In this document: piece after piece, positions 41,912 to 51,609 of the stretch
How the letters are laid out: the number at the start of each line of letters is the position of its first letter
Position numbering within the stretch: the first letter of the stretch is position 1
From: Cellvibrionales bacterium
GTDB lineage: Bacteria > Pseudomonadota > Gammaproteobacteria > Pseudomonadales > DT-91
NCBI GenBank assembly: GCA_026708525.1
Contig: JAPOUS010000133.1
Span: forward strand, 568 to 64,567
Length of the DNA: 64,000 bases
Direction of reading: 5' to 3'
Program-made: the position numbers and the translations under genes
The notes under the pieces: generated by a model
What the model was told of the DNA's origin: nothing
Database searches by the model: none
Seen by the model: only the letters and a program-made list of their open reading frames with translations

Positions 41912-42841
41912 ATGAAGTTAATCATTATAGGTAACGGTCTTGAGCCATCCCGCCAGGTAGAAATTAAGCCTCAATGGTTTTGGGCTGCTGGAAGTCTAGT
42001 TGCTTTTGTTGTTCTGGCTTTGCTGTTGAGTTTGGGTTTGGCCTATGATCGCGGATCGAAATTAACACGCGTTACTCAAGAATTGAGCCGTATTGAAGCA
42101 GATGTTCTATACGATAAAAGCCGGTTAAATTCCTATCTTTCATATTCTGAAGCGCTAACCAACGAGCAATCAAAGCAGGCAGGCCTCTTGCAAGCAAAAA
42201 TCACTCGGCTGGAGATTCTGGGTCAGCGTATGCTCGAAGGTGCTGGGATAGAATCTGAATTCGACTTTACCCATTTACCAGCTATGGGTGGGGAGTTTGT
42301 GAAACCCCATGAGGTGAATGGCTTGACGACCGTTGAGCTTAATCAATTATTTCATCGCCTTGAGCAAACCTTGAGTATTCGAGAGCGTGAACTCAATGTT
42401 TTATCTTCTCTTTTACAGGATACACGATTTTCTAAAGAGCGCTATTTAGCGGGTAAACCTATCGAAAAAGGGTGGTTATCCTCGCATTATGGACTTCGTA
42501 AAGACCCTTTTCATGGGCGTGAGGCGTTTCATAAAGGGTTAGATTTTGCAGGCAAAGCAGGTTCGAATATTTTATCGGTTGCATCAGGTGTCGTGACATG
42601 GTCTGGTGATCGATATGGTTTTGGTACTATGGTCGAAATTGATCATGCCAACGGTTATGTCACCCGTTACGCGCACAATGAGTCGAATGTCGTGGAGGTA
42701 GGTGATGTGGTATCAAAAGGACAGGTCATAGCAAAAATGGGATCAACGGGTCGTTCGACTGGGGCTCATGTGCATTTTGAAGTCTTGAAGCATGGTAAAT
42801 CTGTTGATCCTAAGCGCTACATTTATCGAAAAGCTATCTAA
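41912..42841 (+). CDS. membrane-anchored M23/LytM-family metallopeptidase
   Basis: It has one TM helix, a coiled-coil region and a C-terminal LytM domain with both metal-binding motifs intact (HKGLDF = HxxxD; HVHFEV = HxH). The track start at 41882 is GTG. ATG 41912 (MKLIIIGNG) is preferred, but the start remains uncertain. Confidence 0.8.
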   Translation: MKLIIIGNGLEPSRQVEIKPQWFWAAGSLVAFVVLALLLSLGLAYDRGSKLTRVTQELSRIEADVLYDKSRLNSYLSYSEALTNEQSKQAGLLQAKITRLEILGQRMLEGAGIESEFDFTHLPAMGGEFVKPHEVNGLTTVELNQLFHRLEQTLSIRERELNVLSSLLQDTRFSKERYLAGKPIEKGWLSSHYGLRKDPFHGREAFHKGLDFAGKAGSNILSVASGVVTWSGDRYGFGTMVEIDHANGYVTRYAHNESNVVEVGDVVSKGQVIAKMGSTGRSTGAHVHFEVLKHGKSVDPKRYIYRKAI

Positions 42842-43121
42842 TTATTGTTGAATACTGTTTGGCAATGGCAAGGCAGGGGTGTCTTAAGGTAAGATATTGG
42901 GCTAGCAGTTGGTTCTTGTTTTCTTGGAATCCTTCTTCATTTGATTTGTCAGACGCGTAGACTGGTTTTTTCTTTGCCCTTGAATTTTTATGTGAGAGTA
43001 ACCATATAGTTTTTTATTGTCAGCTCGTTAAGTGAGTTGATGAAAAGGTTATAAGTTGGCGTTGCTTTTGCAATGGAACAAATGATTTTTTAACACTTGC
43101 TTCGTCAAGTGGAAGATTTTA

Positions 43122-45863
43122 ATGCCTATGAACTTTTTGAAAAAAATTTTTGGTACAAGTAATGATCGAGAGATCAAACGCTTGCAAAAGACGGTAGCAG
43201 TTATTGAAGGCTTTGAAGAGGGGCTTAAAAAACTCTCGGATGAGGAGCTGCGTGCTAAAACATCTGAGTTTAAGTCACGTCTAGACAAAGGCGAATCACT
43301 CGATGATCTTCTTCCAGAAGCGTTTGCGGTGACTCGTGAAGCATCGGTGCGCGTTTTGGGTATGCGACACTTTGATGTGCAGATGATGGGTGGCATGACG
43401 CTTCATAATGGCCGAATTGCAGAAATGCGAACAGGTGAAGGTAAAACCTTGGTTGCTACTTTACCTGTGTATCTTAATGCGCTGACCGGCAAGGGCGTTT
43501 ATGTTGTTACGGTGAATGATTACCTTGCTAGCCGTGATGGTGAGTGGATGCGTCCACTTTATGAGTTTCTAGGCTTAAGTCTTGGAATTGTTGTTCCTAA
43601 TATGGATAACGAAACTAAGCGAGCAGCCTATGAAGCCGATATCACCTATGGCACGAATAACGAATTTGGATTTGATTATTTAAGAGACAATATGGCGTTT
43701 ACGCTTGAAGATCGGGTTCAGCGTGAAAAGTATTTTGCCATTGTCGATGAAGTAGATTCGATTCTTATCGATGAGGCGAGAACGCCGCTAATCATTTCTG
43801 GCCCATCCGAAGATAGCTCAAAGCTTTATTTGGCGGCAAACAAAGTGATTCCTTCCTTAACGGAAGCCGAAGTGGCGATGGAGCAAGGCGAAGAAGTGAT
43901 TGGCCCTGGTCATTACACCTTAGATGAAAAAAATCGCCATGTAGAACTTACTGAAGAAGGCCATGATTATGTCGAGGCATTTTTAGCAAAAGAAAATTTA
44001 TTGACAGAAGGTCAGAGCCTTTATTCGGCACAAAATCTTAAATTACTCCACCATGTGCAAACGGCTTTAAAAGCGCATGTATTGTTCACCAAAAATGTTG
44101 ACTACATTATTCAGGATCAAGAAATTGTCTTGATTGATGAGCATACCGGCCGAAGCATGCATGGCAGGCGTCTATCCGAAGGCTTACATCAAGCAATAGA
44201 AGCCAAAGAAGGCGTTGAAATTCAGAGCGAAAGCCAAACGCTCGCCTCAACTACTTTCCAGAATTATTTCCGTTTATTTGACAAGCTTGCTGGTATGACG
44301 GGCACGGCCGATACTGAAGCGGCTGAATTTCATCAAATTTATGGGTTAAATGTTGTGGTTATTCCTACCAATAAACCTATTGCTCGTATTGATGAGAATG
44401 ATCATATTTACATGAGCATTCGAGAAAAGTTTGAAGCGATTGCTGAAGACATTGTCACTTATCGTGAAAAAGGTGCGCCTATCTTGGTTGGTACAGCATC
44501 GATTGAAAATTCTGAATTAATGTCTGCGCTGTTAAAACAAAAGAAAATTGATCATAAAGTATTGAATGCAAAATTCCATGCGCAAGAAGCTGAGATTGTC
44601 GCGCAAGCAGGTCAACCAGGCGCTGTGACTATTGCTACCAATATGGCGGGTCGTGGTACGGATATTGTGTTAGGGGGTAATTTAGATGCGGAATTGGCAA
44701 CCCTTGATAACCCTTCAGAAAGCGATGTTCAAAAACGTCGGGAAGCTTGGGAGGTGCGTCACAAGCAAGTGCTTGAAGCCGGAGGCTTACATATTTTAGG
44801 TACTGAGCGTCATGAAAGTCGACGAGTCGATAATCAGCTAAGAGGTCGCGCGGGGCGCCAGGGTGATCCGGGTGTTACACGCTTTTATCTGTCGCTTGAA
44901 GATGACTTAATGCGTATTTTTGCCTCCGATCGCGTGCGTGGCATCATGCAGGCTTTGGGTATGGAAGAGGGTGAGCCTATTGAGCATCGCATGGTCAATA
45001 ACGCGATTGAAAAGGCACAGAAAAAAGTTGAAGGGCGCAACTTTGATATTCGTAAATCCTTGTTAGAGTTTGACGATGTTGCAAATGAGCAACGTCAGGT
45101 TGTTTATAAGCAGCGGGATGATATTTTAACCGTTGATGATATGTCCGAATTAATTGCGAGCATTCGTCAAGATGTGGCCGCAGGCGTCTTTAGAAGCTTT
45201 GTGCCAGAACAAAGCCTGGATGATATGTGGGATATTTCAGGCCTTGAAAAAACCTTGGAGAATGATTTTGCTCTGCACTTAACCATTCAGCAATGGTTAA
45301 AAGATGATGACAGAATGTCCGAAGAGGCGATCTTAGAGAGGATTCAACAAGCCTTTGATGATCAATACAAAGAAAAAGCCAGCTTAATTGGAGATGAAAT
45401 TCATCGCTTTGAGAAACACGTGATGTTGCAAGTGCTCGACGGGCTTTGGAAAGAACATCTGGCGATGATGGATCACCTGCGCATGGGAATTCATTTACGA
45501 GGTTATGCCGGTAAGAACCCCAAGCAAGAGTACAAGCGGGAGTCCTTTGAGCTATTCCAGGAAATGCTTGAAAATATGAAATACGATCTCACCAGTTTCT
45601 TGATGCAAGTTCGCGTACAAACGGATGATGAAATTAAGCAAGCTGAAGAGTCGATGCGTTTAGAGCATGAGCGTGCTCAAGCTTTGGCGCAATCGCATCA
45701 TGCCGAAGCCGGCGGCTTGTCACCAGAAGACGCAGCCCCAAGTGAACAGCCGCAAGAGGCGGTGAAGCCTTTTGTTCGCGAAGGTAAAAAAGTGGGCCGT
45801 AATGAGCCTTGCCCTTGCGGTTCTGGCAAAAAATATAAGCAATGCCACGGTAAAATGCAGTAA
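43122..45863 (+). CDS. secA: preprotein translocase ATPase SecA
   Basis: 913 aa. [12 protein letters not shown], the Walker A segment [28 protein letters not shown] and the C-terminal zinc motif [14 protein letters not shown] are characteristic of SecA. Confidence 0.98.
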   Translation: MPMNFLKKIFGTSNDREIKRLQKTVAVIEGFEEGLKKLSDEELRAKTSEFKSRLDKGESLDDLLPEAFAVTREASVRVLGMRHFDVQMMGGMTLHNGRIAEMRTGEGKTLVATLPVYLNALTGKGVYVVTVNDYLASRDGEWMRPLYEFLGLSLGIVVPNMDNETKRAAYEADITYGTNNEFGFDYLRDNMAFTLEDRVQREKYFAIVDEVDSILIDEARTPLIISGPSEDSSKLYLAANKVIPSLTEAEVAMEQGEEVIGPGHYTLDEKNRHVELTEEGHDYVEAFLAKENLLTEGQSLYSAQNLKLLHHVQTALKAHVLFTKNVDYIIQDQEIVLIDEHTGRSMHGRRLSEGLHQAIEAKEGVEIQSESQTLASTTFQNYFRLFDKLAGMTGTADTEAAEFHQIYGLNVVVIPTNKPIARIDENDHIYMSIREKFEAIAEDIVTYREKGAPILVGTASIENSELMSALLKQKKIDHKVLNAKFHAQEAEIVAQAGQPGAVTIATNMAGRGTDIVLGGNLDAELATLDNPSESDVQKRREAWEVRHKQVLEAGGLHILGTERHESRRVDNQLRGRAGRQGDPGVTRFYLSLEDDLMRIFASDRVRGIMQALGMEEGEPIEHRMVNNAIEKAQKKVEGRNFDIRKSLLEFDDVANEQRQVVYKQRDDILTVDDMSELIASIRQDVAAGVFRSFVPEQSLDDMWDISGLEKTLENDFALHLTIQQWLKDDDRMSEEAILERIQQAFDDQYKEKASLIGDEIHRFEKHVMLQVLDGLWKEHLAMMDHLRMGIHLRGYAGKNPKQEYKRESFELFQEMLENMKYDLTSFLMQVRVQTDDEIKQAEESMRLEHERAQALAQSHHAEAGGLSPEDAAPSEQPQEAVKPFVREGKKVGRNEPCPCGSGKKYKQCHGKMQ

Positions 45864-45882
45864 CCCACCTTATCCTCGAAAT

Positions 45883-45917
45883 CTACCACTAAACCCTGTT
45901 AGTGTGTTTGGTGGTAG
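45883..45917 (+). terminator. stem-loop after secA (weak terminator or attenuator), overlapping a TATAAT box
   Basis: 12-bp stem CTACCACTAAAC/GTTTGGTGGTAG (one G-U pair) with an 11-nt loop. No T-run follows. Instead GGTATAAT follows immediately, which could be an argJ -10 element. Confidence 0.35.
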
Positions 45918-45959
45918 GTATAATACCAATAATTTCAAATCGTAAGAGCGTCTTTTGTT

Positions 45960-47177
45960 ATGGCGACAGGTCACTTTCCCCTACCTGAATTTCATTCATT
46001 TTCAACCATTAAACTAGGCACTGCAAACGCAGGGATAAAACAGCGCGAGCGAGATGATGTCACCCTAATTGCTTTAGACGAATCCGTCCGTCTTAGTGCG
46101 GTCTTTACCAAAAATGCGTTTTGTGCGGCGCCTGTGGTATTGGCAAAAGAAGCCATCAAAAAAACATCGACACGTTTTCTGTTAATTAATACAGGTAATG
46201 CAAATGCAGGAACAGGTGTTGGTGGCTTTGTTTCTGCTGAAGCTTGTATGCAAGCAGTAGCAGAACGTGGTGCTGTGAGTGCGGATGCGGTCTTGCCGTT
46301 TTCTACGGGGGTTATTGGTGAACCTTTACCGCACGATAAAATTATTAGTGTTTTAGATAGTGCTTTTGAAGCGTTGGACGCTTCACATTGGGCGCAAGCA
46401 GCCACGGCCATTTTAACTACAGATACAAGACCTAAAGGTGTCAGTTCTTCGTTATTAGTAGGTGATAAGTCGATGCGCTTTAATGGGATTTGTAAAGGCT
46501 CTGGCATGATTAACCCCAACATGGCAACCATGTTAGCTTATGCGGCAGTGGATCTCTCTATTTCCCAAGCGTCACTTGATGCCCTGTTAAAAAAGGCCAA
46601 TGCTAAGTCGTTTAATTGCATTACGGTTGATAGTGATACCTCAACCAATGATGCAGTGGTATTGATGGCAACCGGTGAGTCAGGTGTTGACTATGACAAT
46701 TTAGCTAGCAATGAGAAGCTTGAAGTTGAACAGTGGTTAACGGATCAATTTATAGCGTTATCGCAATTGATTATTCGTGATGGTGAAGGAGCGACCAAAT
46801 TTATTGAGGTTACTGTTGCTGAGGGAGCAAGCGAAGACGAATGTGATGCAGTAGCCTACGCCATTGCGCATTCGCCTTTGGTAAAAACGGCGCTATTTGC
46901 CAGTGATCCCAATTGGGGGCGATTGTTGATGGCTATTGGTAAAGCGCCTGTTGCAGATTTGGATATTCAAAAAGTACGTGTTGCAATCAATGGCGAGCCT
47001 TTAGTCGATGCGGGTGAAAAAGTCTCCGCTTTTACTGAGGAAGTGGGTCAACGATTGTTTTCAGAAGAAGATATTCAGATTCGTGTTGAGCTTAATCGAG
47101 GTGAGTGTGAAACTACGATTTGGACATCGGATTTATCGCATGAATACATCAAAATTAATGCTGAGTATCGAACCTGA
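45960..47177 (+). CDS. argJ: bifunctional ornithine acetyltransferase / N-acetylglutamate synthase
   Basis: 405 aa. The motifs GFVSAEA, KGSGMINPNMATMLAY (autoproteolytic Thr site), TVDSDTSTND and the C-terminal YIKINAEYRT are present. Confidence 0.95.
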   Translation: MATGHFPLPEFHSFSTIKLGTANAGIKQRERDDVTLIALDESVRLSAVFTKNAFCAAPVVLAKEAIKKTSTRFLLINTGNANAGTGVGGFVSAEACMQAVAERGAVSADAVLPFSTGVIGEPLPHDKIISVLDSAFEALDASHWAQAATAILTTDTRPKGVSSSLLVGDKSMRFNGICKGSGMINPNMATMLAYAAVDLSISQASLDALLKKANAKSFNCITVDSDTSTNDAVVLMATGESGVDYDNLASNEKLEVEQWLTDQFIALSQLIIRDGEGATKFIEVTVAEGASEDECDAVAYAIAHSPLVKTALFASDPNWGRLLMAIGKAPVADLDIQKVRVAINGEPLVDAGEKVSAFTEEVGQRLFSEEDIQIRVELNRGECETTIWTSDLSHEYIKINAEYRT

Positions 47178-47183
47178 TTTTTT

Positions 47184-47603
47184 GTGGCAGAGGTTGTTGT
47201 GTCGGATAGTGTGATTCATGTGGTTGCTGGGATTATCTGGAGCCAGGATAAATCTCAGATTCTTATTACTCAGCGGCCCAAACATTTGCATAAAGGCGGC
47301 TATTGGGAATTTCCTGGTGGTAAAGTGGAGCCTTTGGAATCTTGTGAAGCTGCCTTGGCGCGAGAGCTTTTCGAAGAGTTGGCTATCTGTTTTACGTCAG
47401 AATGTTTTTTTCAATCGATTCAATTCGACTATCCTGAAAAAACCGTCAAGATTGATTTTTACGAGGTGTTTGATTTGCTGTCAGAGCCTTCGCCTCAAGA
47501 GCAACAGGATATGTGCTGGGTAAGTGTTAGTGAATTGGGTCAGTATGCATTTCCAGAGGCAAACCAAGCAGTCGTGACGAATTTAATGCAGTCTAAAGGC
47601 TAA
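47184..47603 (+). CDS. mutT: Nudix hydrolase, MutT-type 8-oxo-dGTP diphosphatase
   Basis: 139 aa. The Nudix box is GGKVEPLESCEAALARELFEELAI. Its position after argJ matches Pseudomonas. The GTG start is uncertain. Confidence 0.8.
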   Translation: MAEVVVSDSVIHVVAGIIWSQDKSQILITQRPKHLHKGGYWEFPGGKVEPLESCEAALARELFEELAICFTSECFFQSIQFDYPEKTVKIDFYEVFDLLSEPSPQEQQDMCWVSVSELGQYAFPEANQAVVTNLMQSKG

Positions 47604-47815
47604 TGGTGTTCGTCAAAATCTGCGTCTAATTCTGAAAATGGCAGTTTGTCTTCAATGCGATGCTTTTCTTCTGTCCAACCCAAAAAATCTGAATTTTTGC
47701 AGCGCTCAGAACAAAACGGGCGAAATGGATTATCTTTGCGGTATTGAATCTTGGTTTGGCAGTTGGGACAAGTTTGCCAAATAATTTTTGATGGTTTGCC
47801 TTGCTGTTCGCTCAC
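47600..47815 (-). CDS. yacG: DNA gyrase inhibitor YacG (zinc finger)
   Basis: CPNCQ...FCSERCK zinc-ribbon and a W-containing tail. The track TTG start (47845) lies inside coaE. GTG 47815 overlaps the coaE stop as GTGA and gives 71 aa. Confidence 0.8.
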   Translation of the reverse strand: MSEQQGKPSKIIWQTCPNCQTKIQYRKDNPFRPFCSERCKNSDFLGWTEEKHRIEDKLPFSELDADFDEHH

Positions 47816-48414
47816 TTCTCTCTCTCCGCAAGCTTTAAATAACAAGCATGCAGTTTATCCACCTCGTTTTCAAGGTGCGTAAAATCCTGATCATTGATGA
47901 TGATGTCATCGGCGTCTTTGATGCGTTTTTGTCTTGGCATTTGGCTGTCAATAATCGACTGTACCAAGGATTCATCATTATTGTCTCGCTTAGTGGTGCG
48001 TGCAATTTGTAACGACTCAGGTGCATCAATAACAAGGATTCGCTGACAAAGATCTTTTTGTTTGGATTCAAGTAGTAGGGGCGAAACAAAAAGGGTATAG
48101 GGAGATGTGGATTCGTGAAGCTGGGTAAAAATAGATTCGCCAATGAGGGGGTGTAATAACGCTTCTAGCCAGGCCTTTTCTGTGGGGTCATTGAAAATAA
48201 TTTCACGGAGAGTTGGGCGATTTAAGGTGCCTCTGGTCGTTAAAATATCAGAGCCAAAATGTTCGCTGATCTTTTTTAAAGCTTGTGTGCCAGGTTCTAC
48301 AACTTCTCTTGCGACAATATCAGCATCAACAATAGTGATCCCTTTTTGTTCAAATAGGTTGGATACTGCTGATTTTCCGCTTCCGATACCACCGGTTAAT
48401 CCTATGACTAGCAT
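47812..48414 (-). CDS. coaE: dephospho-CoA kinase
   Basis: The N-terminal P-loop MLVIGLTGGIGSGKS begins at ATG 48414. The track ORF extends 25 codons further upstream to 48489 and runs 27 nt into the tRNA gene (48463..48539), so that start is rejected. Confidence 0.9.
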   Translation of the reverse strand: MLVIGLTGGIGSGKSAVSNLFEQKGITIVDADIVAREVVEPGTQALKKISEHFGSDILTTRGTLNRPTLREIIFNDPTEKAWLEALLHPLIGESIFTQLHESTSPYTLFVSPLLLESKQKDLCQRILVIDAPESLQIARTTKRDNNDESLVQSIIDSQMPRQKRIKDADDIIINDQDFTHLENEVDKLHACYLKLAEREK

Positions 48415-48462
48415 GGGGTTAATCGAATCCGTTGAGTTGATTGAATAGAAAGATAAGATATT

Positions 48463-48539
<77 letters not shown>

Positions 48540-48553
48540 TCAAAGAAGTGGCC

Positions 48554-48581
48554 ATTATAGGGAAAGATTTTTTGATGTCAA
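48554..48581 (-). promoter_or_regulatory. sigma70 promoter of tRNA-fMet copy 1
   Basis: On the minus strand: TTGACA (48581-48576), 16 nt, TATAAT (48559-48554). The -10 element is about 15 nt upstream of the tRNA 5' end. Confidence 0.7.
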
Positions 48582-48747
48582 ACAAGTTTATGACAAATCT
48601 TTGACATGGTTGGGGTAGTCGCAGAGCGATAAAGCTTCTTTTTGAAAAAATAAATTCGAGATAATTCATAAGGTTATAAAAAAAGGGAATTTTCGAAAAC
48701 GGCTCCAGTCTAAAAGGCTAATTTTTTTGAAATGACTGGTTATTTGT

Positions 48748-50031
48748 ATGAAAAAGAATATTACACTGGCTGCATTATTTTTTGAGTCAGTGGCACTGGC
48801 ATCCTTGCCAACATATGCCTTGGGTGCAGGTGGGAGTTCGGTAGGCAAGCCCCAAGTGCCAAATGCTGGTTTTTTTCATGTACATGATAGCTCTTACAGT
48901 TTTACGGTTGGGGGGTTTACTCGGCTTGATGCGCTGTATACTAGCAATCAAATCGGTGATGTTGAACAATTTACAACAGCGACAATTCCGGTTGTAGGGG
49001 CTGATGGCAGCAAGAAAATTAATGGCGAAGATTACACCCCAGCTACACAGCAAATTCATTTTAACGCCAAGCGCAGCCGTTTATGGTTAGAAGGGGCACG
49101 CCCTTTTGATAACAGCGATTTAAAAGTAAAAATTGAAGGGGATTTTTGGGGAGCAGGCCATTTTAGATTGCGTCATGCTTATGGGGCCTTCGATAATATC
49201 AAGTTAGGTCAAGGCAAAGCCTCTCTTTTAGTTGGCCAGACCTACAGCGCCTTTATGGTAGATAGCTCACAAGCGAATGTATTAGATAATCAAGGGCCTA
49301 ACTCGAATATGAATGCAGATAGACATCCGCTGGTTACATGGACGCATTCGCCGATAGACTTATTTACCTATCGTATAAGTATTGAAAAGTCTGAATTCGA
49401 CCCAACTCAGAGCGAAGTGAGGGTCAGTGGCCTTGAGCAAGATGTGCAGGTGGCAGAATATGGGTTGATTACGCCAATGTTTGTGTCGGCTGTGATAATT
49501 GGGAATAAGCGACAAAATATTCAATTTTCAGCAGCCTATGCTCGAATTGAGACGAAAGTAGATTTAGGTGGCGTTCAAGACAAAACCATTGATGGCTACG
49601 GCTTTAACATGGGTGGATTGTTTAGCTTTGGTGAGCGAGATTTTGTTCGTTACTATGCAGTTTATACTGATGGCTTGGGTTTATTAATTCCGGATTTGGA
49701 AACCGGTTATTCTGATGGTGTCTATGGGCTAGGGGCAACCACTGATGAGATTGTCACTTTAGATAGTTTTGGTGGTTATATTTCGCTACAGCATTTATGG
49801 TCTGAAACCTTATCATCAAATCTGGTATGGAGTTACGTTAAAGTTAATAACTCGGTGGGACAGCCAGATTGGGCCTACAAAGATGCTAACTATGTTGCGG
49901 CCAATTTGATTTGGAAGCCTGCCAAGCAGTTAATGTTTGGTACTGAGTACCTTTGGGGTGATCGGCGCAACAAAGATGGTAGTGCAGGGGATGCATCAAG
50001 GGTGATGATCTCTGCGCAGTTTAATTTCTAA
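48748..50031 (+). CDS. outer-membrane beta-barrel porin, DcaP-like
   Basis: 427 aa with a signal peptide MKKNITLAALFFESVALASLPTYALG and a C-terminal F (..ISAQFNF). The segments GGFTRLDALY, NAKRSRLWLEG and RLRHAYGAF...LLVGQTYSAF resemble the DcaP porin family. Confidence 0.65.
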   Translation: MKKNITLAALFFESVALASLPTYALGAGGSSVGKPQVPNAGFFHVHDSSYSFTVGGFTRLDALYTSNQIGDVEQFTTATIPVVGADGSKKINGEDYTPATQQIHFNAKRSRLWLEGARPFDNSDLKVKIEGDFWGAGHFRLRHAYGAFDNIKLGQGKASLLVGQTYSAFMVDSSQANVLDNQGPNSNMNADRHPLVTWTHSPIDLFTYRISIEKSEFDPTQSEVRVSGLEQDVQVAEYGLITPMFVSAVIIGNKRQNIQFSAAYARIETKVDLGGVQDKTIDGYGFNMGGLFSFGERDFVRYYAVYTDGLGLLIPDLETGYSDGVYGLGATTDEIVTLDSFGGYISLQHLWSETLSSNLVWSYVKVNNSVGQPDWAYKDANYVAANLIWKPAKQLMFGTEYLWGDRRNKDGSAGDASRVMISAQFNF

Positions 50032-50057
50032 GGTCATGTTGCAAAGCTAAGGATGGC

Positions 50058-50164
50058 TTTCTTGGTGCGCTATATTTCTTGGTATTCTATATTTCTTGGC
50101 ACTCTAAATAGGAAATAGGCGCTTTATCAAAGATCAATAGAAGGAAGGGATACAAGATCAATAG
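50058..50164. repeat. short direct repeats in the porin / tRNA-fMet spacer
   Basis: TATATTTCTTGG occurs at 50071 and 50088 (17-bp period), with a partial copy TTTCTTGGT at 50058. AAGATCAATAG occurs at 50130 and 50154 (24-bp period). Confidence 0.8.
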
Positions 50165-50172
50165 GGGAAAAT

Positions 50173-50249
<77 letters not shown>

Positions 50250-50262
50250 TCAGAGGAGGTGC

Positions 50263-50290
50263 ATTATAGGTTTTGCTCATCGATTGTCAA
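50263..50290 (-). promoter_or_regulatory. sigma70 promoter of tRNA-fMet copy 2
   Basis: On the minus strand: TTGACA (50290-50285), 16 nt, TATAAT (50268-50263). The geometry is the same as for copy 1. Confidence 0.7.
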
Positions 50291-50433
50291 CGAATTTTTT
50301 GTGCCTTACACATAACCCATGCTTTTATATTTTCTATGCTTCTGCACTTTGTTCACATCCCAGCTTTGGATTGTCATGGTTCTTAGATACGAAAAACGCT
50401 AGAATACCGGATTTTTACAAACGATTAATATCC

Positions 50434-51609
50434 ATGAGTAGCGGTACGGACAAGTTTTCAGCCATTCGCCCTTTTAATGATGAAGAAGCCTCAGAGGTGA
50501 TACACCGAATCATTCATGATTCCGAGTTTCTGTCGGTGATTACTCAGCTTGGCTTTCCCAAATTGCCCAAATTCTTGGAAGGCTTTCTCAAACCTGTTAT
50601 TCGCTTTCAGCTGGCAAGAAAAATGAGAGGGGTTAATACGGTTTCTGGCCTTCAAGAAAAAATTGAATCTTATGTCTCGTCAATGATTAATGACACCATG
50701 ACTTCTTTTCAAGTGAAAGGCATCGAGAAGCTAGATCCCAATGAGGGTTATTTATTTATTGCGAATCATCGTGATATTGTTATCGATCCTGCGTTGGTCA
50801 ACTACTCTAGGCATATAAATGGCTATGATACGGTGCGTATTGCCATTGGTGATAATTTGCTAAGTAAAACGTTTATTTCTGATCTTATGCGTGTCAACAA
50901 AAGCTTTGTTGTTAATCGGTCAGCAAAGGGGCCAAGAGAATTATTGGCATCGTTAAAGTTGTTATCTGAATATATCTCGACATCCTTAAGGCAGGATAAG
51001 GCCTCCATTTGGATAGCTCAACGAGAGGGCCGTGCCAAAGATGGTCTAGATAAGACTGATCCTGCTATTTTAAAAATGCTGGTGCTTAATGATCGTAAAA
51101 ACCCCTTTAATGAAGCAATTAATGCGTTAAAAATTGTCCCTGTGTCAGTGTCTTATGAATATGACCCTTGTGATATTTTAAAAGCACGCGAGTTATCTGA
51201 AAAAGATAAAACAGGCCAGTATAGAAAACGTGAGCATGAGGATGTAGAGAGTATTGCTAAAGGTGTAACAGGGTTTAAAGGGCGGGTGCAGCTTAATTAT
51301 GGCAATGTTATTACAGAGGATTTTGCGGATGCTGATGCATTAGCTGAGTATTTGGATAAAGAAATTTTGTCCTTGTATCAAATTCCTCCCAGCCATTACT
51401 TTGCTTATGAGGAGTTATTTGGGCATATTCCTTATGGGGATCAACTTAAAGCCCAATATGATTTGAGTAGCGAGGCATTAGAGAGAGAAAGGCAGGTATT
51501 TAAGCAGCATTTTTCAAGTATCGATGAAGAGTATCGTCCGTTTATTTTGTGGGGATACGCTAACCCGCTACTTGAAAAAATGCAGTTGGACTTAATGGAA
51601 ACTGCCTAA
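50434..51609 (+). CDS. PlsC/GPAT-superfamily acyltransferase (about 390-aa type)
   Basis: The acyltransferase HX4D box is ANHRDIVIDP, and a later FVVNR / EGRAKDG block is present. The track ORF starts at TTG 50191 inside the tRNA gene. The first plausible start is ATG 50434 (MSSGTDKF). Confidence 0.75.
   Translation: MSSGTDKFSAIRPFNDEEASEVIHRIIHDSEFLSVITQLGFPKLPKFLEGFLKPVIRFQLARKMRGVNTVSGLQEKIESYVSSMINDTMTSFQVKGIEKLDPNEGYLFIANHRDIVIDPALVNYSRHINGYDTVRIAIGDNLLSKTFISDLMRVNKSFVVNRSAKGPRELLASLKLLSEYISTSLRQDKASIWIAQREGRAKDGLDKTDPAILKMLVLNDRKNPFNEAINALKIVPVSVSYEYDPCDILKARELSEKDKTGQYRKREHEDVESIAKGVTGFKGRVQLNYGNVITEDFADADALAEYLDKEILSLYQIPPSHYFAYEELFGHIPYGDQLKAQYDLSSEALERERQVFKQHFSSIDEEYRPFILWGYANPLLEKMQLDLMETA

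Noticed and set aside
43049-43396. 115-aa ORF at the secA 5' end, considered as a secM-like regulatory ORF
   Set aside because: It is on the wrong strand and overlaps the secA coding start. I saw no plus-strand arrest-peptide-like ORF in the 280-nt secA leader.
45992-46531. 179-aa ORF antisense to argJ
   Set aside because: It is a shadow ORF fully inside a well-supported conserved gene, with no motif or ribosome-binding site.
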